Shown: positions 50,253-61,710, numbered from the stretch's first letter. The stretch is DNA of 64,000 bases from an uncultured Phycisphaerales bacterium (GCA_963758525.1 CAVWVQ010000003.1:256001-320000); one strand, 5' to 3'. Made by a program: numbers and translations. The notes: a model not told the origin generated them from the letters alone.

Positions 50253-51194
50253 GGCTCACCGCTGGCAGCGCCTCGGCGATCCCTTGGAGCAACCCGGAAC
50301 TGTCCGCTTGGCCAGCTTCCGCAAAATGTTTTTTACCTTCGAGATTGCGTTCTCGATCGGATTGAAATCCGGTGAATACGGTGGCAGCCGCAACACGCGG
50401 CAGCCTGCCTTCTCGATCAATTCGTCAACCCGCCGGTCGTTATGTGCGGCAAGATTGTCCAGCACCACGACCTGACCCTTGCGCAGGACCGGGATTAATT
50501 CGTTGCCGAGAAACTCAACGAACTTCGCGGCAGTGGTGCCACCATCAAAACTGGTCGACGCGATGATGCCTTTGGTCGACAAGGCCGCGATGGTGCTGAT
50601 GGTTTTAAAATGACTGTGGGGGAACGCTGTCGACCACTCGCGCGCCCGGTGCCGCGCGACCGTGCGTCCGCTGCATCTTGGTATTGGCACCGAATTCGTC
50701 GAGAAAAACCAAATCGATGATTCGCGTGCCGGCGAACCGGCCGAACCAGGCGGTGCGCTTGGCTACGACTTCGGGGCGATCCCGCTCCGCGGCATGCGTG
50801 GACTTTTTTTTCGCGGCAACTTCAGCCGCTGAAGCGTTCGGCAGGCGGCCGTGAGACTTGCCGGCTTGCCGATCGCCGCCACCACCTCCGCGAGCGTCGA
50901 GTCTGGTTTCCGCTTGATCAACTTGCGGATCGCCGCCTCGTCTTTGTCGTCATACGCACGCTGGTCATCGGTCCGGGCTGATGACTTGGGAGCAAGGCTG
51001 CCGGTCTTACGCAGTTGCTGAGTCAGCCGACGAACCCACGACTCGCTGCAACAAAAAGTCTCAGCCACCTCGGCGGAAGAACCCGACTCCTCGTGAGCAC
51101 GGGCGACGCGTTCACGAAAATCCATCGAATATGCCATTGTTGAAGCGTAAACGATCATGCCGCCCCGCGCCAGAGGCTGACGCAAACCGCTCTA
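50251..51194 (-). mobile_element. IS630-family element, 3'-truncated and frameshifted
   Basis: OrfA MAYSMDFRERV..LPRKK (ATG 51137) with A8G slippery site at 50803-50811; DDE part FLDE, VVLDNLAAH, LPPYSPDFNPIE; end TAGAGCGGTTT at 51184-51194. Confidence 0.88.
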
Positions 51195-51224
51195 GCCCGG
51201 ATTATTCATAGCCGGCTTCTTAAA

Positions 51225-51440
51225 ATGCAGCCACCCCCTTTAGGAACTTCTAACGGGACAGGTGTGACAGGTCCAATTCTTTTTAAATCGCCTCCTCGGG
51301 CTAAGTTCACCGAAAATCGCGTAATGGCAGAAATGGGCTTAACGCCTCGGGAATCATATAATTATTCCATATTGAGGCAATTGAGGCAGGAGAAGCTCCC
51401 AGCTGGTGCCACTGTAAATGGTGTTACCAAATCCAGGTGA
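51225..51440 (+). pseudogene. Candidate orphan toxin C-terminal fragment
   Basis: AT-richer ORF tail next to an IS end; stop directly abuts a lipoprotein gene. Confidence 0.3.
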
Positions 51441-52171
51441 ATGATGATGTCGTCTTATGCCGTTGCTCTTTGTGCTATTGCTTTGTGCGTGCTAGGATGC
51501 GGCCCAAACTCGCTCGTACAGTATAACTGCGCGGTCAGGTCGCCGGTCAGAATTACATTCGTGATCGACGGCGCTGGCCCCCACCGACAAATCTCATGGT
51601 CGTTGCAAAATGCAGGCACTATTCCGGTTTGGATAGCACGGAAATGGTGCTTCGATGGATACCCGCTCGTCGATCAACCGGTCGACTTCGTACTCCCCGA
51701 CCAAACGCTGGTTCTTCTATGGGGTGATTTTGCCATGCCGCCCAGTCGCGGACAAATCGTTGAGTGCAAGTTTCGCGCCTCATTTGTTGAACTAACACCT
51801 GGGCAAATTGTGCGCGGCGAGGTCCCGCTATCCAGCCCGTTTACACCGCAGCATGAGATTTTAAATCCCTTCGAGGTATCATCCAAAGATCTCTTTACCG
51901 ATAGTTCGTCCGGGGTTCCCACGATTGATTCTGCGACGGCGTCCAACTTGTATTCGAGTACTGGCTCCACGATCCATTGAGCCCTGTAACGTTGAGACAC
52001 ACCGGCCCCGAATGCAATGCGATCCACGTCTTGCTGAACGGCTCGTTCGACGCATTGCGTTCGGATGCAACTTCTGAGCTGGCGGTGAGCCGCGTAGTAC
52101 GCCTCCAGATTCCGTTAAGCGAAAAGATCTCTCTACAGATTCCTGTCTATCGTCAAGGCGTGGAAAACTGA
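51441..52171 (+). CDS. Lipoprotein, candidate immunity protein (probable frameshift near 51945)
   Basis: Signal peptide with lipobox VLGC; ORFs 51441-51980 and 51977-52171. Confidence 0.45.
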
Positions 52172-52251
52172 GGGAGGGGAGGAAATGCGAAGAGGGACAC
52201 CCGGTCAGGCCAGCTTCTTGACCATTCAAGTTCCCCTTTCCTCGGATCTGT

Positions 52252-53703
52252 TCACCCCCGCGGTTTATTTTTCTGAGGAAACTCCAACATCAGTGTTAGC
52301 CGATCCTCACCGATCCTGCTGGCGCGGGCCGTAATGCCCATTGCTTCGCAATACGCTTTGACCAGCGTCAGCCCAAGACCCGTATGACCCGCGCGGGAAC
52401 GGCTCGGATCGGCTCGCCAAAATGGCTCAAACATCTGGGCGACATGGTCGCAGGTCAAACCATCGCACGGGTTGGTGATTTGCAGCGACGAACTTCCCGA
52501 GGCATCACGTTGCGTGCGAATCAAAATGTTGCTGCCTGCAGGTGCGTAATCGACGGCATTCTCCAGCAGATTTCGCAGTGCCGCTTTGAGAAGGGTCATA
52601 TCTGCTTCGACAGTTACCTGTTGATCCAGTTCGAACGTGAGTGCGAGACCATGCTTCATGGCGGCCGTTTCCAAATCTGGATACGCCTCGGAGATCGCTT
52701 CCGTCAGACAGATGGACTGTTTCTGCGGCGTCGGACCCGTGCCGGCCTGCTGCCTGGCGAGCGAGAGAAGCGTCTGGACGATGACGGACATCTCGACGGC
52801 AACGTCGCGGTTTTCGGAAAGTGCCGTTGCAAGCCCCTGAGCATCATCAGGCCAGCGGAGGGCGACATCGCAGGCGGCGCGCAATTCGGCGAGCGGGGTA
52901 CGCAGTTCATGGGCGACTGCGGCGGAGAACCGGCGTTCTCTGTCGAAGGCCGCGCCGACGCGGTCGAGCAATTCATTGAGTGTTCGGCTGATGGGCAATA
53001 ACTCCGGGGGGAGCGTGTCTTTGCCGGGAAAGCGCACGTCCAGCGAGTCGGGGCCGATGCGATCGGCCAACGCCGAGACTTCTGCCAACGGGCGCAGACC
53101 GCGGCGTACGGCGATTGTCACGATGATCGCCGTGCCGATGGTCACCAGCGCACAGGTGAGAAGAAGTCCGGTGAGCAACGCCTCCAGCGGACCGTCGATC
53201 GCTCGTCGATCGTGAACGACGACCATGCTCAACTCTTCGGTCGATACAGGCCGGGCGCTGTGATGGTCGTGTTGTTCATCCTCCTCGGGCTGGGCGATGA
53301 ATCGATATTGACCGACTCTGACAGGTGTTCCATCGGGAAGCTTTGCGTTGATGAATCGTCGATGTGGATCGAGCGGTCGAGGAAGGGGCGTGTCGGTCTT
53401 CTCGTTGGGCGCACTGCGTGCGATGGTGCTTCCATCGCCGCGCCAAATCTGAAAATAAAATGGCCCTTCGTGTCGGGCGGAGGTGAGCAGGATCGAATCG
53501 GGAGATTCCAGATGCGGCTGGCCATCGCCTTCGATCTGAACATCCCCGGCGATGGCATCTGCTTTGGCGGATATGGCCGCATCGAGGCTGCGCTCGAGCG
53601 CTTCGTCCACGTATCCGTAGAGCCCGATGCCGCTCGCGACCAGCAGCGTCAAAATCCCCGCGCCGAGCCACAGGATCAGTTGCGCGAATCGATCGCATGT
53701 CAA
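52252..53703 (-). CDS. Sensor histidine kinase (CusS/CzcS-like)
   Basis: Two TM segments, HAMP, AHELRTPLA, NLLENA, GLGL; start region frameshifted. Confidence 0.9.
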   Translation of the reverse strand: MTCDRFAQLILWLGAGILTLLVASGIGLYGYVDEALERSLDAAISAKADAIAGDVQIEGDGQPHLESPDSILLTSARHEGPFYFQIWRGDGSTIARSAPNEKTDTPLPRPLDPHRRFINAKLPDGTPVRVGQYRFIAQPEEDEQHDHHSARPVSTEELSMVVVHDRRAIDGPLEALLTGLLLTCALVTIGTAIIVTIAVRRGLRPLAEVSALADRIGPDSLDVRFPGKDTLPPELLPISRTLNELLDRVGAAFDRERRFSAAVAHELRTPLAELRAACDVALRWPDDAQGLATALSENRDVAVEMSVIVQTLLSLARQQAGTGPTPQKQSICLTEAISEAYPDLETAAMKHGLALTFELDQQVTVEADMTLLKAALRNLLENAVDYAPAGSNILIRTQRDASGSSSLQITNPCDGLTCDHVAQMFEPFWRADPSRSRAGHTGLGLTLVKAYCEAMGITARASRIGEDRLTLMLEFPQKNKPRG

Positions 53704-54391
53704 AGCGCCTTGCGATCCCCATTATTGGTGTTCAACACATAACCGACCCGCCGGCGTGTAACGATCAGGGACGGTTCATCAGGCCGGTCTATTTTGCGGC
53801 GCAGGCGCAGATGGCTGAATCTACCACATTGCTCATCGGCTCGACTCGATCGTCGTAGATGTGAATTTCAATATCGGTTCTGCTGACGACTTGGTCGCAA
53901 CGAGCGGCAAGGTAGCTGAGCAGTGCAAACTCTCTGGGAAGTAATGAGATTGCCACGCCCGCCCGGCGAACCGTTCGGCCCAGCGTATCTATCTCCAGAT
54001 CTGCCACGCGCAGGACAGGATCCTTCTGACCGATCAGGCGTCGCCCCAGCGCCTCGACGCGAGCGAGCAACTCGTCGAAGGCGAACGGCTTGATGAGATA
54101 GTCATCTGCCCCGGTGCGAAGGCCGGCGACTCGATCTTCAACCGTGCCCTTTGCGGTGAGCAGCAGCACGTGCGTTTGATTCCCTTCGGAGCGGAGTTGG
54201 CGAAGGACCGACAGGCCATCCATTCCCGGAAGCATGATGTCGAGAATGATGACGTCGTAATTGGTGCTCGTCGCCCGCCATAAACCGTCGGGGCCTGCGC
54301 CAGCGATATCGACGGCATATCCCGCGCACCGCAGGCCCGTGCCCAGCGAACGCTGCAATCGTTCTGAATCTTCAACAAGCAGGAGCCGCAT
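53700..54391 (-). CDS. OmpR-family response regulator (C-terminal frameshift near 53805)
   Basis: MRLLLVED, LDIMLPGMDG, GADDYLIKPF, SNVVD; alternate frame LRRKID..TRRRVGY; end approximate. Confidence 0.9.
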
Positions 54392-54468
54392 GGATCGTAT
54401 AGCAAAACAGCCGCGAGCCTCAGCGATATTTGTACCGTGCGGCTCGCGGCCATTGCTTGCCGCCTCGA

Positions 54469-54945
54469 TCAGGGCTTTGCAGCTGCCGCGGGTTTTTCAT
54501 CATTTTCGTCAGCGTCATCGTCGACTTCCTTGCTATGGAATTTGCCAGCGACGGTGATCTTCACATCATATTTGATTTCGCCCGCGGTGACATCAAAGCT
54601 GTACATGATGTGGTGCTTTTTGGCTTCGAGTTCGGCCTCGGTGATCGTGCCGTCAGGCACTTCTTTTTTCACGGCATCCAGGACGGCTGACGGCACCATG
54701 GCCATGGGCACGGTCTCTTCGATTTCTTTTTCCTCCGTGGCCTTGCTCCATTGATGGCCTTCGTGCTCGTCGTCTTCCTTGTCCTCTTTACCCTCCTTTT
54801 CCTCGTCCTTATCCATCTTCTTCTTCTCGTGGCATGTGGCCGCTACTTCCACACGGGCGGAGGCAGCCGACAGACATTTGACAAGCGACACGGGCACAAT
54901 CAGCCCGGCGATCGCAAGGCCAAGCAGTAGTTTTCGATCCACCAT
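54469..54945 (-). CDS. Secreted PepSY-like protein with charged linker
   Basis: Signal peptide; VPSAVLDAVKKEVPDGTITEAELE..YDVKITVAG. Confidence 0.65.
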   Translation of the reverse strand: MVDRKLLLGLAIAGLIVPVSLVKCLSAASARVEVAATCHEKKKMDKDEEKEGKEDKEDDEHEGHQWSKATEEKEIEETVPMAMVPSAVLDAVKKEVPDGTITEAELEAKKHHIMYSFDVTAGEIKYDVKITVAGKFHSKEVDDDADENDEKPAAAAKP

Positions 54946-54999
54946 AAAATCACTCCATTTTTATCTTCGGCGACGAACATTTCGCCACCGTAACCGGTC

Positions 55000-55031
55000 A
55001 ATCTAGCTTTCAAGGATGACGTGAACATGAC
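55000..55031 (-). promoter_or_regulatory. OmpR/PhoB-type tandem box plus -10
   Basis: Minus strand GTCATgttcacGTCAT-N10-TAGATT. Confidence 0.5.
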
Positions 55032-55040
55032 CAGGTTCGA

Positions 55041-56087
55041 TTATTTTGCCGCCGCGCCAACGACGACAATCTGAAACGAGTCCGGCTTTGGCATGGGGCG
55101 GCGCTCGCCCGGCTGTGCTGGGTTGAACTCGGCGGTTGGCAGGTACAGCAGGTGCGTGGTCGGATCGACGGCCATGGTCCGCGCGCCCTTTGGCGTCTTC
55201 ACGGTTTGAATGACAGCGAAGGTGCCCGGGACCGTTTCCTTGACGACCGTTAATGATCCATCGCCGCAACTTGCAAAGGCAGTGCCCGAGCCTGGGTCAA
55301 AAGCGCAGGCGTCGTTGCCTTTACCGATGGGAAGCTCGGCAAGCACTTTGCCATCGGCGGTGTTCAACACGATCAGCTTTTGATTTCGACAACCAACAAA
55401 AAGTCGGCCGTTTTTCGCGTCGATCGCCAGACCGGTCGGGCCGGTTCCGCTGCCGATCGGATAGTGCGCGGTGGCTTTCATGGTCTTCAAATCGACGACG
55501 GCGAGCTGGGATTTGTCGTTGATGCACACATACGCCTTGCCGTCTCCATCGGCGGCGAGGAATTCGGGTTTACCGCCCAGATCAACGGATTCTGCCTTGG
55601 CCGCCTTGGGATCCACCGCCGGGTCGATCGCAACCATCACCCCGGCGTCGCCGCAGGTGGCGAGAATTTTATTCGAGCCGGCGTCGTAGATTTCGCCGTC
55701 GGCATCTTCCGCGGCGGCGGCACTACCGAGTACTTCGCCGGTCTTGAGATCGAAGATGACAATCGTGCCCGCCTTGCCGTCGGTAATAAAACCACGGCCT
55801 ACGGCAGGCACGGCCACCGCGCCGTGCGCACGCTGCTGTCCGGGGACATCCAGAATGACCTTGTCGGTTTCGAGATCAAGCACCTGGGTATGGGTGGAAC
55901 GCGTCACATACAGACGATGAGCCGCGGGGTCGACCGAGACGTAATCCCAACGACCTTCGCCGCCGATTTTGACGGTCTTCTGCACGGCCAAAGACCCGGC
56001 CACGGGCGCGTCGTCCGCACGAGCGATCGAGACAGACAGTACCGCGCCGCCAGCCAACGCCAGCGACAAACCAATGAGAGAGCGCAT
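55041..56087 (-). CDS. YncE/YVTN beta-propeller secreted protein
   Basis: GGEGRWDY, HG.A..GRGFITDG, GARTMAVDP; AAGGAG RBS before ATG 56087. Confidence 0.85.
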   Translation of the reverse strand: MRSLIGLSLALAGGAVLSVSIARADDAPVAGSLAVQKTVKIGGEGRWDYVSVDPAAHRLYVTRSTHTQVLDLETDKVILDVPGQQRAHGAVAVPAVGRGFITDGKAGTIVIFDLKTGEVLGSAAAAEDADGEIYDAGSNKILATCGDAGVMVAIDPAVDPKAAKAESVDLGGKPEFLAADGDGKAYVCINDKSQLAVVDLKTMKATAHYPIGSGTGPTGLAIDAKNGRLFVGCRNQKLIVLNTADGKVLAELPIGKGNDACAFDPGSGTAFASCGDGSLTVVKETVPGTFAVIQTVKTPKGARTMAVDPTTHLLYLPTAEFNPAQPGERRPMPKPDSFQIVVVGAAAK

Positions 56088-59000
56088 TAAGATTCTCCTT
56101 TTGAGGGATGAGATTCGGGAACCGATTTGACAAGTAATAACAAAGCCGGAAGAACCATCAGTACGAGCGGCAACTGCACAACCAGCCCGGTGACGATGGC
56201 GATCGCCAGCGGCTGAAGCATGCCCGCCGAGTGACCCCAATCCATCGCCAGCGGCAGCAGCGCCAGAATCGCAGCCGCTGTCGTCATCGCAATGGCGCGC
56301 AGCCGACCGCTGCCAGCCTCGATCAGTCGATCAATTTTGCCTCGACCCCCCGAGCTTTCGGTGAGTTCCGAGCAATAGAAAATCGCAACCTCGGTGATGT
56401 TTCCAACGATCATGACGGTTCCCATCATGGAACTGATGTTGAGCTCGGTGCCAGTGATCCGAAGGCCAAAGAATACCGACGCGACCGCGAGGCCTGAGAG
56501 CAGCATGATGCAGATGGCGAAACGCACCCGTTCATAAAGAAACAAAAGCAACAGAAATACCAGCGAAGCGGCGGCGGCGATCACCTTCACCACACCGTGA
56601 AACGCGGCCTGCTGTTGTTCGTACTGCCCGCCCAGCGTGTACCGCACGCCAGTTGGCATCAGGCCCGGCTGGTCGAGCGCGGTCTTCACGTCCCGAATCG
56701 TCGATCCCAGATCGCGACTGCTGCGAGCGGTGACGTACACGACGCGCTTCAGATCCTGCCGGGTGATTTCCGGTTGACCGGCGAGGATGCTGAATGTCGC
56801 CAGTCTTCCCACCGGATAGAGATGACCGTCGGGCGCCCGCAGGGTGAGGCGAGCCAGGTCCTCGGTTGTCCTGCGAATGGATTGCGGCGTCCACAGGCGA
56901 ACATCCACCAGCTTTTCACCCTCCTGAAGTTGCGTCGTCACGGTACCGCTGAGGACATCGTTGAGCGATTTGCTCAGCGCGTCGGGATCGACGCCCTCAA
57001 GAGCTGCTTTCACGCGGTCGATATGCACATCGATTGCATCGCCGGCGGGGATGACGCCGCTCTCGATGGAGGACAGGCCGGCCACTTTCTCCAGTGCAGT
57101 GGTGACTTTGTCAGACAGCTCGGCGAGTTGCGATTCATCATCGGAAAACAGATCGACGACCACCGGCTCCGGTTTGCCGGTCAAATCGCCGAGCAGGTCC
57201 TCGATGAGTTGCGCGGGGTCAATGTCCAGACCCGGCACTTGCTGGACAACCAGGAGGCGGACGCGTTCCATGACCCTCTGCAACGGCTCACGGGGCAGCG
57301 GTTTTAACCGCACAAAAAAATCGCCGCTGTTGCTCTCGCTGATATCACCGCCCAGGCTGAATCCGGTTCGGCGGCTGTACGTGAGCACTTCGGGCGTGTG
57401 CTGGAGAATCTTTTCCACGCGGCCGAGGAGTACATCCATCTCACTGATCGATGCACCTGGCGGGCCGTGGTAGTCGATGACGAAACCGCCCTCATCAATC
57501 CTGGGAAACAGCCCGCTCTCCACGTGCTGATATTCATACCAACCCAGCGCCGCCAGCGGACAGACGATCAGCAGGGCTACCCACGGTCGTCGCAGGATCC
57601 AGCGCATCAACATTGAATATGACCGATCCGTTTTCCGGGCGAGCGCACCCGGTTCCTTGTGCTTGGCTCCGCCCAGCAGCCCGCTCGCCGCGACGGGGAT
57701 CACAAGCCACGCCACGAGGAACGAAACGACCAGGCTCGTCGCCATCGACAGCGATAAGGCCGCGAAAAACGCGCCAAAGACTCCTGCAAGAAAAGCGGGC
57801 GGGATATGAATGATGATTGTCGACAGCGATGACCCGGTGAGCGGCCGGGTGAATTCATCGGCGGCTGCCAGTGCGGAGATTCCGGTTGAACGGCGGCGCA
57901 CGATGTGCTCAGACATCACGATCGCATCGTCGATAATCAGCCCGACGGCCGCGGCCATACCGCCGAGTGTCATGATGTTAAAGCTCTGACCCAGTGCATA
58001 GAGCACCAGCGCCGTAATCGCCAGCACCACCGGCACCGAGGCAGTTGCGATCAGCGTCATGCGCCAGTCGCGCAGGAACAACAGCAGCACCAGCGCCGCC
58101 AGCCCGACACCGATGAGCACCGCATCCCGAACGCCGCGAGCGCTGGACGTGATCAAATCGCTCTGGTCATACCAGCAAGTGACCGAGACGTTTGCCAGCA
58201 TTCCACCCTTCGCTGCGGCGAGCGCGGATCTTATACCGGCGGCGATTTCGACCGTGTTTCCGCCGGGCTGTTGAAAGACGTTGACCAATACGCAGTCGTG
58301 GCCGTCGGCCGTGGAGTGAATGTACTGCGGCGACACGGCCCGATCGACGGTCGCCACCTGTTCCAGCAGCGTGACACCACCTGGGCCGGCATGCACGACT
58401 GTCTGGCCGATTTCATCCAGATTCTTGAACTGTGCCTCCGCGACAACAAGGTAGAGTTTGAAGTGATCTTCCAGCCGTCCTACGGCGGTGAGAACATTAG
58501 CGCCCGACAGTGCTGTTGTGACGTCGCTCAACGCGAGGTTGTGGGAAGCGAGCTTTGCTGGATCGACAGTGACGCGGTATTCCCGCACTGACCCGCCATC
58601 CACCCCAACGCGCGCGACGCCGGGGACGGTCGAAAGAAACGGGCGCAGTTGATACTGGCAAAGATCGTGCAGTTCCGCAGGCGTGCGTTTGGTTGACGTC
58701 ACGCTGTACGCGATGACCGGGAAGACGGTGGGATCCATCCGCCGGACTTCAAAGCTGCTGCCGCTGGGCAGTGATGGAAGAAGCCGCGCCGCCTGCGCCT
58801 GCGTCTGGAGATACGCGGTGGTCATGTCCTGGCCCCAGTCGAAAGTCAGTTCTACTTCGGCCGAGCCGCGGCTGGTTGTCGATCGCACGGTACGAACGCC
58901 GGGGATGCTGCGCAGCGATTCTTCGAGCGGGCGCGTGACCTGCGATTCCATTCGCTCGGCGGGCCGATCGCCGGCTTCTAGATCGATGCGAATGCGCGGG

Positions 59001-59125
59001 AAATCGATGTGCGGAAACAGCGACACCGGCAGCGACAACGCCGCGAAAGCACCGCCGGCGACGAGCGCCAGCAGAAGGAACAACAGCGATCGCGCATGTC
59101 GGCCCGCGGAGGAAGTGATGCTCAC
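56087..59125 (-). CDS. RND efflux permease (CusA/CzcA-like)
   Basis: 1012 aa, LPVSLFP, GLIIDDAIV, RLRAIAMT, QPLAIAIVTG. Confidence 0.93.
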   Translation of the reverse strand: MSITSSAGRHARSLLFLLLALVAGGAFAALSLPVSLFPHIDFPRIRIDLEAGDRPAERMESQVTRPLEESLRSIPGVRTVRSTTSRGSAEVELTFDWGQDMTTAYLQTQAQAARLLPSLPSGSSFEVRRMDPTVFPVIAYSVTSTKRTPAELHDLCQYQLRPFLSTVPGVARVGVDGGSVREYRVTVDPAKLASHNLALSDVTTALSGANVLTAVGRLEDHFKLYLVVAEAQFKNLDEIGQTVVHAGPGGVTLLEQVATVDRAVSPQYIHSTADGHDCVLVNVFQQPGGNTVEIAAGIRSALAAAKGGMLANVSVTCWYDQSDLITSSARGVRDAVLIGVGLAALVLLLFLRDWRMTLIATASVPVVLAITALVLYALGQSFNIMTLGGMAAAVGLIIDDAIVMSEHIVRRRSTGISALAAADEFTRPLTGSSLSTIIIHIPPAFLAGVFGAFFAALSLSMATSLVVSFLVAWLVIPVAASGLLGGAKHKEPGALARKTDRSYSMLMRWILRRPWVALLIVCPLAALGWYEYQHVESGLFPRIDEGGFVIDYHGPPGASISEMDVLLGRVEKILQHTPEVLTYSRRTGFSLGGDISESNSGDFFVRLKPLPREPLQRVMERVRLLVVQQVPGLDIDPAQLIEDLLGDLTGKPEPVVVDLFSDDESQLAELSDKVTTALEKVAGLSSIESGVIPAGDAIDVHIDRVKAALEGVDPDALSKSLNDVLSGTVTTQLQEGEKLVDVRLWTPQSIRRTTEDLARLTLRAPDGHLYPVGRLATFSILAGQPEITRQDLKRVVYVTARSSRDLGSTIRDVKTALDQPGLMPTGVRYTLGGQYEQQQAAFHGVVKVIAAAASLVFLLLLFLYERVRFAICIMLLSGLAVASVFFGLRITGTELNISSMMGTVMIVGNITEVAIFYCSELTESSGGRGKIDRLIEAGSGRLRAIAMTTAAAILALLPLAMDWGHSAGMLQPLAIAIVTGLVVQLPLVLMVLPALLLLVKSVPESHPSKGES

Positions 59126-60236
59126 TTCTCGTCCCCTGCGTCGGCAGGGGCAGTGGTTGCCGGAGCGACAGCAACGGCGGCCTTGTCGTCCAGCTCCAGA
59201 TTGCCGCTGACCACCACCGCGTCTGCTTCATGGAGTCCATCGCCGATGATGACAGCTTGCGTGTCATTTTGCACCGCAACTTTCACGGCGTGTTTGACGG
59301 CGTGCTTGTCGACGACGGTGAAAACGGAAAATCCATCATCATCCGGCAACAACGCCTCGCGCGGCACGACAAGACCCGAAACCGTCTTGAGGACCAGCTT
59401 GGCGCTGACAAATTGATCCAGGAGTAATCCGCCTTTTTCCGCGGGAGTGGCGAACACATCCACGAGCCGGCTATCGGGATTGACGCGGCGCGTCACAAGC
59501 CGAATCGTGCCGTCGATGGCTTCGTCTTCATCCGCCGTTGTGGGAAATACCTGCATCGATTGGCCGGCACGCAGCTTGGGCACATCGGATGGATCGACTC
59601 CAAGCCGAACTGTTATCTGCCCACGAGGAATCAGCTCAATCAGCGGCGCACCGGCGGCGACCAATTGGCCTTGCTGCACGTCCACCTTCGCCACAGCGGC
59701 CACGCCCGCCGTGATAATCTTGTCCTCTTCACCCGCGCCGCGCCGTTCGAGGTCGTCGAACTTTGCCTGTGCCATTTGAACCGCATCATCGGCGGCGCGG
59801 GCATCGGTGGTCATGATCAGTTTCAATTCGAGCCGTTGATGCATGCTGGCGGCCTCTTTTTTGCGCTCTGCAGGGCGTTTCTCGCCTCCGTCATTTGCAG
59901 CCTTGCATCGGGGCTGGGTTCAACTTCAATGACGGGCGTGCCGGGATCGACGCTTTCCCCGCCAGAAACGCGCAGATGTTTGACCCGGCACTCCACGCCC
60001 GACGAAAGAATCGTAATCGCAGCCGGATCGGCGGTGACATTGCCGTAAACGGTAATGGTCTGCGATACCTGCCCGCTTCGGATTGGAACCGTCGTCACTG
60101 GAACTGCGGGCTTACTGTCGTCGGACTTGTCCGCGTCCTCTTCACCGGCTCGGGCGGTGTGAACGCACGCCCAGACCGCGACACCGATGGCGAACGCCGC
60201 GAGAGCCCCTGTCAAATATGCTGTCTTGAATCTCAC
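59122..60236 (-). CDS. RND periplasmic adaptor subunit (frameshift near 59860)
   Basis: ORFs 59823-60236 and 59122-59844; VSGGESV..G, VVPREAL, GL..D.VVVSG. Confidence 0.85.
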
Positions 60237-61668
60237 TGGCCAACCTCCATGCCGCCTGAAAGCTGCGTCGTCGGCGGGTCGGGAAAGTATCGGCCAGCGG
60301 CGATCTCCAGCGCGATCCGATTATCCGCCAGCTGCTGTTGCAATCGAAACACGGTTAGCCGCTTTTGTGCCAGGTTGTTCGATGCCGCGTAATAGCTCAG
60401 CACATCTGCGTTGCCCGCGTCGAGCGCCGTCTTGTAACCACTTACCAACGATTGCAGATTGGGAATAGCCGACTTGGCGTCCGCGATCTGAGCGGTGATA
60501 GCTTTTAGATCGCCCAGGGCTGTTGCGATGTCAGCCCGTGCGTCGAACACCCGGCTCACATACTCGTCAAACAGCTTCTGCCGTGTTGCCCGCTCGGTGG
60601 CGATGACCCCCTGATTGCGATCGAAAATCGGCAGGTCAATTGTCGCTACGAGGCCCACACTTTGTACATTGGAATTGTCGCTCGCTCCGTTCAGACCGAG
60701 ATTGACCTTGGGAAACTGGTCGAGAATCGCGGCCCGCAGTGTCTGTTCGTGGCTTTCGTATCCCAGGCGCAATGCCATCAAATCGATCCGGCACTGCTCC
60801 AGATTTGTTTGGAGTGATGACTCATCGCCCGCGTCAAAGGTGGATGGGAGTACCAGCCCCTTACGCAGTTTCGGTCGGTCATCCGATGGCAGGCCCAGGC
60901 TGCGCGTCAGCTGGCTCCATTGATGATCCATGTCACGCTTGCCTTGCAGCACCGCCGCATGCGAATCGCGCGCGGCAGCTTCCGCCGCCGCCAGATCCAC
61001 CGCCGTTGCCAGTCCTGCCGATGCCGCCTTTTTTACCGCGCCGAGATTCGGCGCAGACGCTCATCGATATCCACCAGCGTGTCCTGCTGCCCCTGCAGCG
61101 AGACCAAATCGAGCACCGCCTGCTTGGCTGCCTCAGCGATTTGCCATTCCTCCCAGGCAACTGAAAGATCAACCGAATGCGCTGAAAGGCGAGCTGCCTG
61201 TTCCCGCGCGTCGTGAGAAATGAGCTGTTCAAAATCCCAACTGACGGTTGCCCCATAGGCATTGAATGCGCCTTGTGTGGCCCCACCCGTTACAAAATCA
61301 GACGAGTAGGACAGCACCGGATTAGGCAACAAACCTGCCTGCAACAATGACGCAGCCGCGAGGTTCCGTTGTTCGCGAATTGCTTTGAGAGATGGATTCA
61401 CCAGGACGGCAACCACCGCGGCCTCATCCGGCGTCAAACCCTCATCCGGATGCAACTCGACTGTTAAGAGCATGGGATGATGGAACTGAGATACAGCAAC
61501 CTGTAACTGTCCATCTTCCGGCGGCCTGAGGCGCTCGTTCACCGCCTCGGTCGTCAGCGGCTGGCGAACGTACTGCTGACACGATGTCGAACAAACAAGA
61601 AAGGCGACTATCACGGCCGGCGTCGCAAGCCGTGATATACTGATGGTGGTGGTCCGCCTCACGCGCAT
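60233..61668 (-). CDS. TolC-family outer membrane factor (frameshift near 61030)
   Basis: Lipoprotein signal, NPSLKA, AGLLPNP, DLPIFDRNQG. Confidence 0.85.
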
Positions 61669-61677
61669 CTGCCGATG

Positions 61678-61710
61678 ACATTAGCGAACCGAAGATGACG
61701 GAAAGATGAC
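61678..61710 (-). promoter_or_regulatory. OmpR/PhoB-type tandem box plus -10 upstream of tolC
   Basis: Minus strand GTCATctttccGTCAT-N11-TAATGT. Confidence 0.55.
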
